Of a DNA stretch of 64,000 nt, positions 40,001-55,000 are shown piece after piece (position 1 is the stretch's first letter; every line of letters begins with the position of its first letter). The notes under the pieces are model-generated. The model was not told the DNA's origin and ran no database searches. It was given only the letters and a program-made list of their open reading frames with translations. Origin of the DNA: Antedon mediterranea (lineage: Eukaryota > Animalia > Echinodermata); contig NC_092675.1 of NCBI RefSeq assembly GCF_964355755.1, positions 15,844,912-15,908,911 of the forward strand, given 5' to 3'. The translations under genes and the position numbers were made by a program.

Positions 40001-43000
40001 TGGTGCAGATAGATTATTGCATAATTCATTCGTAACCATTGTTTAGAAAAAAAGAATGCGAGATCCACTATTACCCCTTTTACACTGCTGAACAATAACA
40101 CACCTGTGTCGTGTCCGTATAAATTTTCTTTTTACTGATTTAGTATTAAGACAAGTTTTCTACTGCAGTTACTGCATAACTACATTTTACCGGTTTATCC
40201 AATTACTGCTCAACTTTTAAAGCCTTTTTGATTAAAACACCTTTATCAAGTTATAATTGACCAATTAAATCCAAGTGGTAGTATGAGACTCCTTAATACA
40301 AAAACAAATAGATTCGCAAACTCCTTTGTTCCCTCCAGTGTCACCCAGTACAACCGCAAGGTTAGGTAGATAATTATTTTCTATTTTGTTGATGATTTTG
40401 ACTTTTTTACTTGATATTGGTGTTAATAACTTTAGGATAGAATTGTTTTGATATTTGTTTCATCTTTGTAATGAGACAAACACCATTATTTCCACTTGTT
40501 TTGTGGACAAAATAAAGTTATCTTATCTTATCCTATCTTTACAGATACCTTTCATATATAAATTATTCATTACCTGATTGGTCCATTTCGTGTGCTAGGC
40601 TTTACAAATTTAACTTTAAACGAATCGTGTTTAATCTCTTGATTATTTGGCTGCTCTGGTTGCATTATAAAACTTGGTGCTAAAAGAAATATACATAAAC
40701 ATGCAACTTAGTTGTCATGGACTATGGAGGAGAAATGGCAATAGTGATTGGTTGTTGATTAATTAGTAGTGTAATTGCAGGTTACCAAAATAATTTTACA
40801 CTAGATTTGAACTCGTCACTTCGGACGAGTTAGGTTATCCGCAGCGCAAAGGCCACGGCACCAAAGGCCACGGCACATCATACGTTAGAATATTGCGCAA
40901 AGAAAAACGATTATGCCATTGAAACAATTTCAGTGTGCTCTCTATTTTGTGTCCCGTCTAAGTATATACAGTATACACTATATCCTGTATACGTACTACA
41001 TACAGTGCAGAATATGTGAAAATAAGTGACCAAAGTTATTAACGCTTTTGAACATGACGTCATCACAATTTTAAAAATGGTGAATCATGCGAAAGATAAT
41101 CGATTGACCTAGACAATAATAAAAAAATTGAGGGAATTGGAATACGAATAAAGGAGATGCGCTCTATTAAATGTGACGAGCTATGACGAAAGAGACAAAA
41201 ATCCTATATTTCATATTCGAGTGGCCATACGATGATGTCACAATGTCCGGTTAGCCATATCGATGCATGATTCGATATCTACAACTCATCAACTTCCAGA
41301 ATATTTAATTTTAAAAAAGTTCACCACGTAGTTTACAATCTATGACTGTTTTAAGAAAGGCATAATTTTCACAAATTTTTGAACTTTTTCATAAAAAACG
41401 CACGCAAATTGTCCAATTCTATGTGCTCGTATGACATGATTTTAAGTCAAAATTGTTTGAAAGTTGGTAAAATTACTAAAAAAGGCTGAAAAAACAAAAA
41501 TCACGCAAAAATAGATGTTTTTTGCGCTACATGCGCGCGCACGCGTAAAAAAAATGCGCGGCCGTGGGAATTTTTGAAACGCTCAAAATGACATGAAACG
41601 CGTAGAAAGTTGATTAGAAGATGATTTTTCGCATTTTGAAATTTTAAACGCGCATGCGCGCGTAACTTTGTGTGAAACATGACATTTTTAATCCATAGAA
41701 AGTGCCAAGTGCGGATAACCAATAATTCTAATCTTTTCCTTTCAAAATCTTAATCTTTAAATTTTCCCACTCTTTTCTACATATTTGGGGGTGGGGGGGG
41801 GGGGGTGTGACACTGTACCTGAGGATATACAGTACTTACAATTAAATGAAACTATTTAATAAATTATTATTATTTAATAAAATCATAATAGTTGTTTCTT
41901 CAAACCTTACCTCCTGCAGGGGTCGTGCAAGTTGTTTTTTCCGATTGACCACTCTCCTTTACTGTAGTAGCAGTTACATATATTGTGTAGTTTGAATATA
42001 GCAACACAGGTTGTAGAAAGAAAGTTTTATCATCAGTTTCTATAGAATTCAATTGCTCTCCAGGATATTCTTTATTACGAGACTCAATAGTGTAGTAAAC
42101 CTGCAATCAGAATTGTTTACTCATTGAATTATCATGGCTTTAATAATACTGTGAAAATGACAATCATTGTGTATATAGGTTGGTGGTGCAAGTTTTCTCC
42201 ATTACGATATTGTAGTCAGTATTATATAAGTGGTTCTTTTAATCACAAAAACATCAACTATACCACTGATTTTGGGCTTGACTACTATTTGAACAAATGG
42301 CCATGTAGTCATTTTCAAAAACAACATTCACATGACTTCAATTCTCTATTATTATAAATGTTTATTTTTATTGCATTATAGCTCTTTAAACCATATTTTG
42401 AAGCATTATCTATCAAATCAAGTAATATAGTATATTTATAGTGTATAATACCATTTGTCATAGGGTCAAGTTTTTATTTAACAGTTCACTTACACTATAC
42501 TTTCGAATTTGACCGTTTAATTCTTCCGGTTCCTTCCACATTACTTTGCATACGTCATTTTCATAGTTTGCTCTTACTTCCGTTGGTGGTGATGGAGCTA
42601 TTCATAATTGGATAAATGAAAATCCATCATAGCTAAAGATTACTTAATTAGTTTGTGGATTATAATTATATTTTTACAAATACGGGACTTGAAATTTCTT
42701 ATTATTCTAATTATCATGTTAATTATCAAATAACTAAACAAAACTACATTATTAATTGCATGAGATATATAAATCAATTGGTCTAATTTAAATACATTAG
42801 ACCCCATTTGACCACTATAATAATCCTAATACATAATTGTGTTTGGGGACAGGAGACCAATCAGTAAGATTGTTGAACAGGCAAAATGAGAAGCGCCTGC
42901 AAATATAATACAATCTCCAAGTCTGAGTCTCATGACAAGTACTACTGTACTTCTTGACATCACCCGGACTATATAAAAAAAACTGTAATACTTTTATCAG

Positions 43001-46000
43001 TCAAAATAAATAAATGTTTATTGATATTGATATTTATTGATATATGTTTACTGCTTCAATTCTCATCTTTATCATTTTCATAATTGGTTAGTTATTAATG
43101 CAATTTTTTTTTATGATCCTTGAAATGGGTGTAAAATGGTTAGTAGAAAATTAGTAAAATGTAAAAGTGATAGGTACTAACTAAATAGAGAGGTTGACAA
43201 CAGGAGAGATTTTATAATACTGGTATCAAAATCAAAACTAAAAATATTAATCATGCTGTTATAATATATGTAATTATGGTTTTTTATTAATATAAATTGA
43301 AAATAAGCAATTAAAAAAAAAACATACCAAGTTGTATTGAGGTATTAAAAAGAAAGCAGGTTATTACGTAAAAGTAAAAACTGGTTATATGCTCCTTGTA
43401 ATGATCACAACCAAAAACGTAAAAACATGCGACATATTAAAAAACTAAGACTGCACAGCTGATTTTTGTAATAAACAAACGTCCTACCAACTGTACTCAT
43501 ACTAACATAGGAATGGAATGTTTTTTAGTTATTGATAAGACCAAGGCAATCGAAGGCTCTGTCTACACTATCACATCAAATTTTATGCGACACAAAATGT
43601 GATGTGCATATAGAAGGAAGTCATATAACTACCATATTTGGGCATATCACTACCATATTTGGGCACATCACACTACAATTTTTTTGTCAAACTAGTTTGA
43701 TTAAGTATCATGCCAACAAAATGTCATTCAAGTATAAATATTCTGTATAGAAAGATTTTTAACAATGTTTTGAGGAGCCTATTCATTACAAACTATGTTT
43801 TCTTTTACTAGGCTCCTCCACTTTAGACATTAAAATGAAATAAAACTGAAATAAAAATTATGCAGCCAATTTGACTACCTTTTTGCTTAAAATTACTAGT
43901 TAAAATTAATAGTTGTTTTTTTTTATCCAATTTATAGTCAAAGTGGATCTATTAGGTGACATTAAAATTGCATTATTCAACAACTAATTTTTTCAGGGGG
44001 TAATCCTTATTACTTGATTCCCATTATTGTGCAGCTTAGCATTTGCTATCCGATTGAAAATGTAAATATTGAAAGTGAATGTTTTATGTTCATTGAATGG
44101 ACAGAATATATTCATTCATTGAATGATTTGACCATTCCATTCAACTTATGACAATATTCAACTCATAAAAATGTCATTATTTGTATATTATTGTTATCAG
44201 TAAAAAAAGTGCTTCTTTTTGTAAGTTAAATTAGTTTTCTAATTTGCCCTTTCTCAGTGCTTCATACATTTACTTTTTAAAGTTCTTTAACAAATCATGT
44301 TTTGCACAAAATGTACCACATTCACTCATCATCATGTTTACAATATTCTCATAGAAAAAGTACAATAGAAATTGTACTTTACAGCTATAATATATGTAAC
44401 TGTTGTATTGCACTAGCTTGGTACCTGAGATATTTGCATACTCACTATTTATCAAGCAATGGGTTAGCTACCTACACACAAATTAAATGTTTGTTAGTAG
44501 CTATTTAACAATGAATGAAATTAATGCATAATGGACCCTTTATCTCTATTTTGAAGTTATTTGATATTATAACAATGATATTCACCATCTTCTTTTGTTT
44601 TTGTTTCTTCATATTTTGAATCACTTGCTCCTATGTCATTTGTACAGAAAACTCTGATAGTATACTCTGTATCAGGCTGCAGATTCTTGATTGTGTGCGA
44701 TTCATAGTTTTCTGCAAGTTCACTTGTAAAGTTATCTTCGCTGAGCATATAGCCAACAGTGCAATTTATGATTGGTCTATTATTGTTATTTCCTCTTGTC
44801 CAACTAACAGTTATTTGTCGTTCTTCAGGCGTGGTCTGCAGATCGTCAACAGAGTCAGGTTTTTCTGGTAAAATAAAAAGAATTTAAATAATAAAAAGTA
44901 TTATAACACAATTGAGTAAATTCTTGTCATTTAATTGAATGATTGTGGGTCATATAATATTCAATAACTACTTCATTGAACTCTTATAACATAGAGAGTG
45001 CATTTCAGCATATAGTAGTGTGTACAGTGTGTTAACAATAAAAATAATATAAATTTGATTTGATGTAATCTAGCATTAATATATGAAATGGATTGACTTA
45101 CCACCGTAAATGAATACATTATTTACGCTTAATAGAATAAAAGTTTCAGACAATTTTAGAAAGTATGAAAAAGTCAATGAAAACTATACGTACCAAAAAC
45201 AGTTATGGCAAAACTACTCTCCTCAGGTTCAGGCATGGTGTTTACTAGGTCATTCATGGCTGTACATAAATAGTCACCACTATCCTCTCTTGCAATATTG
45301 TAAACAACCAATGAACTGTTTGTTGTGAAGATGTTATTATTAATTTCGATTTGAGAAGTAATGTTGTACTTTCCTTCCTCCTTACTGATTTGCATTTCAT
45401 TAGGATCTATCCAAGTTATCTCAACTTCTGGTGTCCCACTTGCAGAGCAATAAAATGTCAAATTTTCTCCTAATTCCGCTTCTTGGCTTTTAGGCGACAA
45501 AATAATGTTTGGAGATACTAAAAAATGAGTGTGAAATTGAAATGGTGTATTAAAATTGGTGTAAAGGTAATTTGGTTATCATAACCCAATAAAGTAATGG
45601 GTATTAAGAAACAAAGGCAAAATAAACCATATCTAAATCATGTATGTTTTACTACAATAAATTTTCTCCTAATATCACTTCTTGGTTTTCAGGTGACAAA
45701 CTAATTTCCAGATGTATTAAAAAAAGTGTGAAATTTAAATGGCGATATGAAAATGGGTGTAAAGGTATGTTGGTAATCATAACCCACTAAAACTAAACTG
45801 GGTAATAAGAAACAAAAAAAATAAACCATATTTTAAATATATACATGTTTTACTACTATAAATATTTTCCTAATATAGCTTCTTGGTTTTTAGGTGACAA
45901 AACAATGTTCGGAGGTACCAAAAAAGAGTGTGAAATTTAAATGGTTTTTATATTTAAACATACATGTTTCACTAGTACGATTATATACTTGTTAAAGTAT

Positions 46001-49000
46001 TTGAGGCTAAAGCATGTTTTCATCAGCTTATACGGATTTGTTGAGAAAGTTTTTATTTTTGGTCAAGATAAAATTTGACCACTCAGAGCTTAGAAAATGT
46101 GCTTTTAGATGTTAGTTTAGTTCAGCAGACACGCTGTGGAAAAGAAAATCACAGTTGATTTCTTACAGAATTCTGTAAAGAATCAATTATTGATTGTTAG
46201 CTTCTACCAAATATTATTTTAGAATAAACAAACTAACCTTCAACATTGACATCAACATATTCAGTATCTGGTTCCACTCCGTCAACATCAACATATTCCA
46301 ATGGATATAGTGTGCAATTGTACCTGCCAAGATCATCAAAGGTAACATTGGTGATGTTATACATATCAAACTTAGATGTACTTCCCGTAAAATTCTTCAC
46401 GACTTCTCCATCTTTAACCCAGGTTCCACTAATATTCAGCAGATTATAATAACAGCGAAGATGTATATCTTTATTGATGAGTTGAGTTACAACATTGTTC
46501 GTAACATTCAGATTTGTAGCATTGATTGTAGCGCTTAAATCCACTACAAAACAAACAAAATGTTTTAATTGATCATTAAAAAAAAAAGTCAGTAATGTAT
46601 TTATTCACTTGCTAAAACTATTATGAAAAACTGGCTACTAAAAGGTGTGCACTAAATCTGTTAAAGTTAACCCTTTCACTGCGTATACCCGGTACTACCG
46701 GGTATAAACAAACGTCGTTGAAATACGCATACCCGGTAATACCAGGTATGAGCAAAACAATTATTTAATCGTATTTGCCTATAATATATGGCACCCTCTA
46801 TATTCCTTCGATGAACTTGAATAATTTTGCAAGTCATTAAAAAAACGGCCCTCTATAGTTGTATTATCGTCTTGAAAATAATGCGCCCTCTATAGTTAAT
46901 TATATATAGTATAGTATATAATAGTATTTCTATCTTGGAAAGTTGTTTTGAGTAGCGTAATGGCGGCCATTTTGAAAGTAACACAAATTTACCAGCCCCA
47001 ATAGGGCAACATCGTGTTTATCACAACAAACAAACAAAAAAATTCTGAAAAAATAGTTAGTTTTTGTACTATAGTGAATTATTGGAAACTGTCATTATTT
47101 TCTCGATTTTGCCCCAAAACTTTGATTTGTTCATAATTTTTATAAAACAATAAAAATAATTTAATTTTTTTTAAATATTTTTATTTGTTATACGTACTTC
47201 ATCAATATCCAGTTGGGAAAACGTATTCCATAAGAATTTCTTATAGAAAATATAGTTTTTATCATTGAATAGATAAAAAACTCGAAATCCAAAATACCTG
47301 TAATGACGTCACATGACGTCATCAATATGCAAATTACTTTTTTTTTATACCTAACTGTAAACTAACCCTTTGCCCATCACGCACCACAAAAATAATTACA
47401 CAATTATCTCAATTAGAATTTTTTTGCAATTTATTAAAATATCATATGTTTTTCTTAAATATATATTACGCACAGAGGTGGGAATAATGCGCCGCAGTGA
47501 AAGGGTTAAGGTTATTATTGTTTATTCGCCATGGAAACCTTTAACAATAAGACCGTCAAACTTTTCCTATGGTTCAATAAGCTTTTCAAAATATATAATA
47601 ACATCAATATAATGTCAAAATACTTGAATCATAATATCTAATATCAAATTTAGATAATTAATAATGTATATATTGCTTGAAACAAAATGTTGAATGAAAA
47701 CTTACTGTAATTGCAATCAAATCCATATTGTTCTTTTTCTTTACACGATGGACAAGAACCATCTGAAGGCACACAAACTGTATTGTTGACACATGCACAA
47801 CTACCGCAATTCCGTCCAAATGTACCAACCTCACAATCTATAAGGCCAAATAATTTGTACAAAACATTACATTATATCAAACATCGTATATCTCTAACAA
47901 ACCATTTCACTCTTTTATCAACTAAAGCCAAAGTATAGTCATGTCTCGGGACCATTCTATAGTCACCACAAGGTACTGTAGGCTTTTGCCAATAGAGCTT
48001 CTAGGAATGGATGACTATAGTTGGGAGCAGGAACGCTAGTAGACCAAACCCGGTATCATTTGATTACGATAATTAGGGAAATTACATCACAAATGCTTTA
48101 ATTTGGCAAACATACTTAATAAATGGTCAAAAGGTCACATAAAATTATAATTGGTAAACATTAGCAAGCTATCATATCAGAACGGTACACAGTATTTAAA
48201 AAACTGTAACGGTTGTAGAACGTGGACGGGATACACATTTAGCTCATCATGGTCGTTAAAATTACTTTGTATACCATCTCTTCTTATGGCTCTTTAAGGG
48301 CGCTATATACATGTGGAACCATATTCCTCAAAGATGTATTGTCCCTTTGACTAATTCCAAAAAAATTAAAAATTAAAAATTTCGAAAAAAGGTGGGTCGT
48401 TTTGAAGTATCATAATAGTTATTAACTTTCACCAAAAATGTTTCGAAAAAAAAAATAATTTAACTGAAATACAGACGTTTTTTTGTTAAAAAAATAACTT
48501 TGACTTCCAGTCAAAATTTTCAATCAAAACATATCCCATAATGAAACGCACTTGTTTGGCTACTCTGTATGCATAATCATAAAACTTCCTCATGATCCGT
48601 GTGAAAATACCTTCTTAACCGTGACGAGTTGTAAACAATCCTAATTTAGCATATGCATAATGCGTACTCATGGTTTGAAATCTTTGTTTACTTTCGCTCG
48701 TGACGATTTTCCAGATGAAATGTAATTAAACTAATTTACCTGTTAATTACGTAAACTTGTTGTTTTTGGTTCGAATTTTCGACTTAAAGTGAATAACTTT
48801 AATATTACTTTCATATGGCCACTTTAATTTTAGAATATTTTGACCTTCATTTTTTTGTGTTTCAAGGGACAATACATCTTTAACCATTTTCAATTTACTA
48901 GAATTGTAACATTAATTAATGATTTCAGTAAATATTTAAACCAAACATCGTTGTATAAAAGTGTGAGTCAGTTTTATCAGTATAACTATTTTTTTTGTAA

Positions 49001-52000
49001 TTCAAAAGTTGAGTTAAAGTTAACAAACAAACAAATATACATATAAAAGTATACATCATCTAATACTGTATTGACAGAAGCTGTGAAAATGACCAATATT
49101 CAACAACATGCTATAATTATTAATAGAAATTATAAAATAAAATCTTAATTCTATGAAAGTGTTATCGATGAAAAATATAGCCAACTTGTCCATCCAGACT
49201 TTAAAATACATTCTGAAAAAAACAGATTTCCAAAATAAGAAACCAGTTATCAGAGACACAAGACATTTTGGGCCACCCCAAAATAAACCAAACATTTTAG
49301 GGCAACTTAATGTGTCTAGTTTTGGGTGAGTATTAGGTAAAAATGAAAACAATTACATGAAAAATGGACTTCATATTTTTAAAAAAAGAAAAAAAAAAGT
49401 AGTGAAACATTATCTATACTATAACAAAATGCTACAGTGAATATGGTGAATGTATAAAAAATATGCAATATTTAATAACTAAACAGAACACACTAGAATT
49501 AATTGTTAAAAAAACATCTCAAAATGTAATAAATGAAATAAATATTGTTGTTACCGTAGGTAATATTTTTTTTGAAATCTTTAATTTAATTATTGAAACA
49601 ATAGAAAATAAATTTAAATAAACAAAAATTTGCCACATATTAACGTTACAACTTTTACCAGTAATAAAAATGGTTAGATTTACTAACTAGAAGTATGGGA
49701 ATTAAAAAAAATTAACAAATTATTACGTAAACTTTACCAATACTAATAACTAATTCCAAATAAACTAATATTTTATTAGAATTTATAATAAATTTGATTT
49801 TAAAAAAATTAGCAATTAATAATTGTACAAGTAATATAAACAATGCTTTACCTGTAGGTTCTTGAATGTAGATAAAAGAAATAGTTATATAATTAATTAA
49901 AATTATATTTATTCTATCTCTTAACATCATTTATACATTTTATAAGCATTAATTTTAATTAATGTATTTTTATAAAGATATACAGTAATCCAATTATATT
50001 TTTTTTTAATCATTACAAATACAACATTTGTATACAAAATAGCATTTGAGAAAGAGGAATGCAGAAAAATGTTATACCTGAAAAAATACTCATCTCATTT
50101 TCATCTTAAAAGTTGAAATAAGTTAAAACTAGAAAAATGTTTGTAAATACAGTATATGCTTTATGAGATGAAACATCCTATTGGTAAAATCAAATCGTTT
50201 GAATTTATATATTATACAGTAGTCTCATTAAATCAATCTATAAAAAACAGTAGTTTATGTAGAATTTTATTATTTTTATTAGCACATTAAATCAAAATTA
50301 ATAAAAAAAAATGCTTGACCTGGAAGGTAGATAAACAAAAGAAGAAAGAAATATTTAAACAGTTTGAAAATTATACAGTATTTACAGTTTATAATATTTA
50401 TTATAGTTTATTTATATATATGTTAGCAAAATAAACAAATTAATTATTATTTCTTATATGTATTATTTATATCAAATTGTTTCATTGACAAATGGGATTG
50501 CAAACAATATATTTACCTATAACTGTCAGAGTAAAGGTACAAGTTCCGTTATTTCCAGCTTCATCTGTAGCAGTACATTTTATTGGATTATCACCTTCAT
50601 TAAATTCAGAACCACTTGGTGGAATACAATTTGGGACAGATACAACGCCAACATTATCGGTAGCGGTCGGTAGAGTGTAGTAGGCAACTGCTGTGTTATC
50701 ACCATCTAGTAATACATTTTCAGTGTCGTCTTTGCAGTCTAAAATTGGCTTTTCATCATCTATAAAACAAAACAAGATTTTCTCAGTTACAATGTGTTGA
50801 TATTACGAGCCAACTACCCAAGAAAGTATTAAATTACTGTAAATATAATCTTGTCAAAAGAGTGGAGGATAAAGCTTGACTGTAAATTGCAATTTAAAAA
50901 AAAAAAATATAACTGACGAAACAGAAGGAATCTCATCAAATAATTTTTAAAAAGTGACGCTAGGTTTTTGAAACAATTTAATTTGTTTACTTCTCTGCAT
51001 TCAACATCAAACAAAAACATGTAACTAAACTAAAGTGATTGAGCTAAATTATTTTTTTCAAAGTGAGTTTTATTAAACAATTTAATTTGTTTACTTCTCT
51101 GCATTCAATATCGAAAATATGTAACCAAAGAAAATATAAATTTGTTTAGTACAACTCATACTATAAGAAGTGTTTGAGCTCGTCTTTTTCTCTTTCTTTC
51201 TTTTTCTTTTCTTCTATATTGAGAAAACTTTAAAGAATATTGTAACTTTTGTTTTTAGTACATTTAAACACACTATATTTTATCTATACAAATGAAAGGG
51301 AGAGAATGAAAAATAGACCCAAAAGAACAAAGCTTCAACAAGCTGGGTATGTGCCAATATGACTAATTATTACCTCCGCCAAGGAGGTTATATTTTCACC
51401 CTGTATGTTTGTGTGTGTGTGTGTCTGTCTGTCTGTGAACAGGTTGGAGGCCACAGTTTTTATCCGATTCTCACCAAATTTGGCCACAATGATCTATGCC
51501 CCAAAAGCTCGGACGAGTTCGAATTTGAGGGTAAAGGTCATAGGTCAAGGTCACAACTAACAAAAAACTATTTTACTGCCTAGAGACCACAGTTTTTATC
51601 CGATTCTCACTAAACTTAGCCACAATGATCAATGACTCATCATATAATTGTGGTTAAATTTTGAAGGGTCAGGGTCAAAGATCAAGGTCCACAAAAAAAA
51701 AAAAAATAAAAAAATAATAATAAAAAAAAAACCTCAGCGGGACTTGAACCAGCGATCTCAACTGTGAGAGGCTGGATACATAACCATTACACCAAACTCT
51801 CATCCACAACCTTTTAGTGTGCAGTTAGCCTATTTACACTTTAGAACTAATAAAAAAAAATATTTAAAAAAATATATATATTTTCCGGGAATAGTTTATG
51901 TAGAGGAATTTTACAGTAGGCGGAGGTTTGTACTCTCGGAGTACCCTCTAGTTATGTTATGTTTTAAAAAGATATACCAGGGAGTTGTTAATTAACAACT

Positions 52001-55000
52001 CCCTGGATATACTGTATAAAATATATACATGTTATAAAGACATGCTTTTTTCAACACATTGTTTTTGAAATTTTTTATATTTTTGTCATGGAATGAAAGA
52101 ATGAATAAAGGTCGGTATAGGCCTACCCACAAAAGAGAAAAAAAAATGATATACCTGACACTGTTACAGTAAAGTTGCATTTAACTTCATTCATACTGCC
52201 GTCTTCAGCAGTACAATTAACAATTGTTGGCCCTAGAGGAAAGTTTTCTGGAAATGAGCAATTAGCATTAAGTGTCCCATCAACATTATCGGTTGCATTC
52301 ACTTGTGGTACGTATGTTGAATATGCCTTGCCCTCATCAGTAGGAAGGGATTTGTTCCCTGGACAGTTCAGTACTGGATTTTCATCGTCTGAAAATTTAA
52401 TACATAAATTTAATAGATTTTTTTTCTTTAAAAAACTACAATAAAATCATACTAAGGCATTCAAATAGAATAGTAGCATTGAATAAAAATAATAATAAAA
52501 TCTTTTTCCCAGGTTTTCATTACAAAATATATGTCTAACAATATACCGTATCATGTTAAAAGTAAAGCGAGTTATATCTACATAAAAATACCAATGGTCA
52601 AATGGTAGGATGTTCATTTTAAGTTCAAATCTTAACTCAATTGGTTTCACTGTACAGATTTTCTCATCTTAACAATTTACACACTGCTTTTGTTTAAGAT
52701 TATTCAATATACGGTACTTTTATACATGTACTAATGTGTAGAGTAATCAATATTTATTTTTGTCAAGACTTGCAATTTTTTTTTTATCTGTTATCGTAAA
52801 TTAATTATTAAAAAATATTATTGTTTTTAATCATTATCTTTTTGAATAAAACATACTTTCTTTAACATAAATGCAATAACTTAATACACAAATATAACTT
52901 CTATTAATTTGTAGTCAACAAGCAAAAGAATTAAGGTCTTGCAGTATATAATAGTTACTGTAGATAGAAATAGAGTTATTTCCACTACGTTGCATACTGA
53001 TGGACATGCCCATTCAACTCCACAAAGTGTCTATCGGCCAATAGATGGTCAAGGCGTGTTCTAAACACTGAGGACAAATGTAATATATTGTATTAAAATA
53101 TTTTATTGAATCAATTTTCAGTATTTTGTACAGAAATTATGATGGTGGTGGAGGTAAAATATCATAAAAAATGTACCAAATGCACGGATTAGAAAGACAT
53201 GCTTTTGTATCCGTAAGATTTTTATGGAAAGTGGTCGCTAATGAGGGTTGTCGGCACATGGATGTTCTACTGCACATACATTCTTTTAAGATTCATTAAC
53301 TATAGCCATTTCATTCCCATAATTCCTATGTATATGGCTGGCACGACCAGGTTCCTACAAACGGAAGGTAAAAGAGTTTTTTGAAAGTTGTTTGAACATG
53401 CTCCATGTTAGCTGAAGAATAGAAGAAAATATGTTAATTGCCTTCACATTCTCCAAGAAGTTTGTTTGATCTAAAATCGGGCACATGCTACCTTGCTCAA
53501 ACTCTAACCTTTGACCTGAAACTGAAAACTACAGTGAGCTCTGTTGTTTGCGTGGTCAGTTGCAACGCAAGATACATTAAATGAAAAATTGGCAGGGTAA
53601 CGTCCAACTTTCAAGTCACATCCGAGCATGACTGACCCTGAGTTATCCACAACGTATGGGTCATGCCAATTTACCAATCCTTTACTGTCATGTAGATCGG
53701 TTGATACAGACAGATATTCAGGGCATATTATCATCGGTGGCTCCTTATCTGTAAGCAAGGTACTAGAATGATTTATATAATGATTACAAAGTATATAAAG
53801 TTATCCTAAAATATCACACAGTGAAAATTAGAAAATTAGCTGCTGCGATGCAACAAGAAAGTGAATGCACAGGCAAAAGAGATCAGACCAAATTCTTTCA
53901 TAATATTAAAAAGGCATTCCAAAAAACTGTTTTGAGCCAGTCCATTGGTGTACGGTATGGAGAGTAGACTTTATTACAAATGTATCTTATACTCAATTGA
54001 ATAACTCCATAAATGAACGCTTATTATGAAAACGAGTATGGCTCTCAATCATTGTAATTAAATTCAGGTTAATGAATAGAGAATTATTTCCTTATTATAC
54101 AAAGTTGAATATAACTGATATCAACTCAGTCTTAAGCATAGAAAGCCCTTAACAAATGACAAATACTATTTTAAACACATAAACACAAACATTACATCTA
54201 ATGTAATTCAGCTCCAGTAGTACTGATCTGAAATAACATGCATAGAGTTTATGATGAATGAACAAACTGTAACTAACCTTCAACAATTATATCAAAACTA
54301 CAACTGCCTGTATTCCCTGCACTATCAGTGGCATTACAAGTTATTGTGGTTTGACCAACTTGCACAGGATCTCCAGATGCAGGATCACAAGTTACTTGTA
54401 AATCCTGATCAACGTTGTCCTTGACCGTCGGGTCAACAAACGTAACCATGGCATAATTTTTACCGAGATCAGTTGCGTAAGAAGCATTAATAACAGGGCA
54501 AATAATAACTGGCATTTCAAAATCTACAGACAAAATGGCATGTAAAGCTAACTACCTTTGCAAAAGCATTTCTTTTGTATTTAGTTTTGTAAGAAATTGC
54601 TATTCTAATTCTACATAAATAGTCAAACTTAACTACAAATTTATTAAAAACAAATTACAGTAAGCAAGCATAAATATTTTAGTCCTCTTTGTCATTTTCT
54701 ACTAAAATAAAATTGCATAAATTATACCACAATGGTAAACACAATGGTAAAACAAAAACATTGTAACGGTTATTATAATTCACAGTCTACAATAACATAA
54801 TTACAACTTACCTGCTATTGTAACTTCAAATGTACAGAAATTAGAATTGCCAGCATCATCTTGAGCTGTACAATTAACTACAGTAGTACCAACAGCAAAC
54901 ATGTCCCCTGATAGCGGCATACAAGTGACAGTAACTGGTCCATCTACATTATCTGTTGCTGTAGGTGTGGTATATGAAACGAGAGCTTTAGCTGAACCTG

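Noticed and set aside
50070-50350. Two AG|GT junctions on the minus strand (ttttcag|gtat, ttccag|gtca) resembling recursive splice sites
   Set aside because: The donor halves are weak and the intron is short; cannot be distinguished from chance without reads.
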